Of a DNA stretch of 64,000 nt, positions 61,703-64,000 are shown piece after piece (within the stretch, counting starts at the first letter, position 1; the number at the start of each line of letters is the position of its first letter). The position numbers and the translations under genes were made by a program. The notes below the pieces were generated by a model. That model was given only the letters and a program-made list of their open reading frames with translations. It ran no database searches and was not told the DNA's origin. This DNA comes from Candidatus Woesebacteria bacterium (GTDB lineage: Bacteria > Patescibacteriota > Microgenomatia > UBA1400 > UBA1396). Location of the stretch: positions 4,780 to 68,779 of the forward strand of contig JAJOJK010000018.1 in the NCBI GenBank assembly GCA_021208605.1, given 5' to 3'.

Positions 61703-62196
61703 ATGAGCCGCCGGCAACAAGAAAAACAAGCAATAAGTCTTGACGAGATCTTAGACATATCAACTCAAGCAGAACAGGATTCTTCACTTGTCACAGCCGA
61801 AGGTGAACTAACGCTCGACACACTCACACAAGACACAGAAATTATTCTGGATGATCTCTCCGATCCAAAAGTTGTGCAGCAGCTCCTACGAGACAATCGC
61901 CTGCTCTCCATTTTGCAAATGGTCGTTGGCACTGGAAAAGAAAGAGAAATTCTCGACCAAGTAATAGTGGCTCCTACTTCCCTCCAGGCGTTTGATCAGA
62001 TTCAAAGACCAGTACGTGATATTGACCCCACAGTAGTAACCTTATCTGATGGAGATTGGGACATCAAACCGCAAGAGTTTTTTGTAGAGGAAAGTATCGG
62101 CAAAAAATTACTCAGACTCAGAAAAAGGCACACATTTTTTCAACGTGTAAAAACACTCATTACTCCCCAAAACTGGCTAAAAATAAAAAACGGTAA
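61703..62196 (+). CDS. Hypothetical protein (true stop probably 62194-62196 after an A-run indel)
   Basis: Extended -10 box 6 nt upstream; one extra A in the run at 62185-62190 removes the 110-bp overlap with mvaD. Confidence 0.55.
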
Positions 62197-62198
62197 CG

Positions 62199-63167
62199 TT
62201 ACTTCACCAAGTGCGCGCCAGCAGCTGGCTTGCCCAAGATTGTCTTTTCTACTCCTTTTAGGGCCTGTAAACGTTGGGTTACGGCAGTTTCATCCTCACC
62301 ACGCGTGATCACATGCACATTTGCCCCAGCATCCATGGTCGAGTAAGCTAGTAGGCCTTCCTGGCGCCACTCCCGCAACGCCTGCAAAACACGCACCGTA
62401 GCTGGCGACCAATACAGTACCGACGGTCGAGACGTCATCATAATGGCATGCAAGTTGAGTGACTCTTCCTCAATAAGTTCGCCAAAACGTGGGAAATCTT
62501 TCTCGGCAAGCGCTCGTTTAACACTTTCCACTTTCTCTTTCATGCTGGCCAATCGAGCTGGATACAACAGGCTCGTATCAGCCAAAGAATGACCCAAAGT
62601 AGAACTCACTTTCTTCTGATCGGCGTCGACAACCGTAATGATATCAACTATGTCCCAATACTCTGGAGCATACAAACTCTCGGCAAATGACGTCTCGTGA
62701 CTGCTGCCGGCATGCCACTCGACAAATCCATCTGGAATTGAGCGAGTCGCCGAGCCAGAACCCAAACGGGCCACTGTGGACAACTCCTGTTCCGTCAGAC
62801 TCAGACCAGCAGCTGAGGCAGCGGCTACGGCCAAAGCCGCAAATCCGGAGGCCGAAGAAGCAATTCCTGCCGCAGTGGGAAACGAGTTGTGTGTTGTGAC
62901 GCGCGCACGCTGTTTGTTGCCAGAGATCTTGCGAATATGGTCCAAAACTTTGGAGACACGCTCCGCTCCTGTACCGTCAACTTTGCTCCCGCCTAAAAAC
63001 ACTTCATCGGCATCGAGCGATGACACAAACTCCACCGTTGTAGTGGTCTTAGCACCAGAGAGATTCATCGAAATCGTGTTGTGATGCGGCAAACGCAAAT
63101 TGGCATCGGCGTTTCCCCAATACTTAATAAAGGCAATATTAGCGGGTGCTTCGGCGGTGGCTTTCAT
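62199..63167 (-). CDS. mvaD: GHMP decarboxylase: mevalonate-5-phosphate or diphosphomevalonate decarboxylase
   Basis: NIAFIKYWG, FPTAAGIASSASG, RLGSGSATRS, TMDAGANVH. Confidence 0.92.
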   Translation of the reverse strand: MKATAEAPANIAFIKYWGNADANLRLPHHNTISMNLSGAKTTTTVEFVSSLDADEVFLGGSKVDGTGAERVSKVLDHIRKISGNKQRARVTTHNSFPTAAGIASSASGFAALAVAAASAAGLSLTEQELSTVARLGSGSATRSIPDGFVEWHAGSSHETSFAESLYAPEYWDIVDIITVVDADQKKVSSTLGHSLADTSLLYPARLASMKEKVESVKRALAEKDFPRFGELIEEESLNLHAIMMTSRPSVLYWSPATVRVLQALREWRQEGLLAYSTMDAGANVHVITRGEDETAVTQRLQALKGVEKTILGKPAAGAHLVK

Positions 63168-63519
63168 CTTCACTTTCTAGTGTGTCTACAGACTCTACTG
63201 GCGCTACAGGTTCTTCTGGAGAAAGGCGCTGTACCTTAATACCGTAGGGAATAATGCCGGTGGCATCTGGCGTTCCCATGCGGCGCCACACACATTCTAC
63301 AATTTCTCCGACCAAGAATGAAGTATGACCCGTGCCCAAAAAAGAACGTTTTTCGGAACCAAAATCGACCAGCACATATGGATACGGCGCTCCATATGCC
63401 AATTCAGGCGGAGCCACGTGAATGAGCGTGCTGGCCACAACGGTCCCTTTTCGACCCAGCCACCGCGACCACTCTCGACGATCACGCCAGTATCGTGGGG
63501 CAGAAAGTGCGTGATTCAT
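63139..63519 (-). CDS. DUF35-type OB-fold protein lacking the zinc ribbon
   Basis: PRYWR, GTVV..T.IH.AP, PY..VLVDF, V..VWRR, I.YG.K; coupled to the thiolase gene. Confidence 0.8.
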   Translation of the reverse strand: MNHALSAPRYWRDRREWSRWLGRKGTVVASTLIHVAPPELAYGAPYPYVLVDFGSEKRSFLGTGHTSFLVGEIVECVWRRMGTPDATGIIPYGIKVQRLSPEEPVAPVESVDTLESEDESHRRSTR

Positions 63520-64000
63520 GATTCCTCTCCCGCTTCTAGAATGTGCACCACAGCCGTTGCTCCACTGCCACCCACATTGTGCGCCAGCGCTCGTTCGTAC
63601 TGACCTTCGCGCAACAGTTGAGCCAAGTATGCCACTTGTTTCACACCAGTGGCACCTACCGGATGGCCACAGGCTTTGAGCCCACCTGACGGGTTGACCA
63701 CTACTTTTCCGCCATACGTTGTTTCCCTAGCGAGTGTTGCTGATCCGGCTTCGCCGGGAGCAAAAACGCCCAAATCTTCTAGAGCAAGCAACTCGGCAAT
63801 GGTAAAACAGTCGTGCACTTCCATAACGGGAAAATCTTGTACTTGTTTTCCAGACAGAGAATAGGCTTGCTGGGCGGCACGCTGTGTAGCGACAAAACTG
63901 GTCAAACTCGATCGTTTGGCCAGTGACAGTGAGTCATTCCCCTGGCCAAAACCGGTAATTCTCGGATTGTCATTAGCAACACGCTCCGAACTCAAAACTA
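63516..64000 (-). CDS. Archaeal-type acetoacetyl-CoA thiolase, C-terminal part (5' end outside the window)
   Basis: EVHDCFTIAE, VNPSGGLK..GHPVGATG, HNVGGSG. Confidence 0.9.
   Translation of the reverse strand, partial: VLSSERVANDNPRITGFGQGNDSLSLAKRSSLTSFVATQRAAQQAYSLSGKQVQDFPVMEVHDCFTIAELLALEDLGVFAPGEAGSATLARETTYGGKVVVNPSGGLKACGHPVGATGVKQVAYLAQLLREGQYERALAHNVGGSGATAVVHILEAGEES

Noticed and set aside
62196-62308. Genuine 110-bp convergent overlap between ORF 61703 and mvaD
   Set aside because: One extra A in the A run places a stop just before the mvaD stop codon.

Overview
Core-genome segment of a Patescibacteria (CPR) bacterium, probably Microgenomates-like: no rpmD/L30, an rplQ-rplM-rpsI junction, a CPR-type T4SS pilin array, archaeal-like mevalonate genes and genetic code 11. 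The first 36 kb lie almost entirely on the minus strand (groES-groEL, rpoB-rpoC, pyrH, the str, S10, spc and alpha ribosomal clusters, dnaX-ybaB-recR). The rest holds tRNA-Cys, cell-envelope genes (ddl, PBP1, GH18, murJ), ldh, cmk, six VirB2/TrbC-like pilins, a divergent M23-PrgI-VirB4 operon and an IPK-dependent mevalonate cluster. The most striking signal is a family of covarying hairpins immediately before the start codons of fusA, rpsJ, rpsC and rpsE. Each sits inside a split Shine-Dalgarno sequence (TAAGG|hairpin|AGRT-N4-6-ATG). A REP-flanked RAYT-type HUH transposase with related AAGG..CCTT palindromes lies in the same operon region. Seven -1 frameshifts, including in rpoB and rpoC, are each repaired by adding one base and mostly look like assembly errors.
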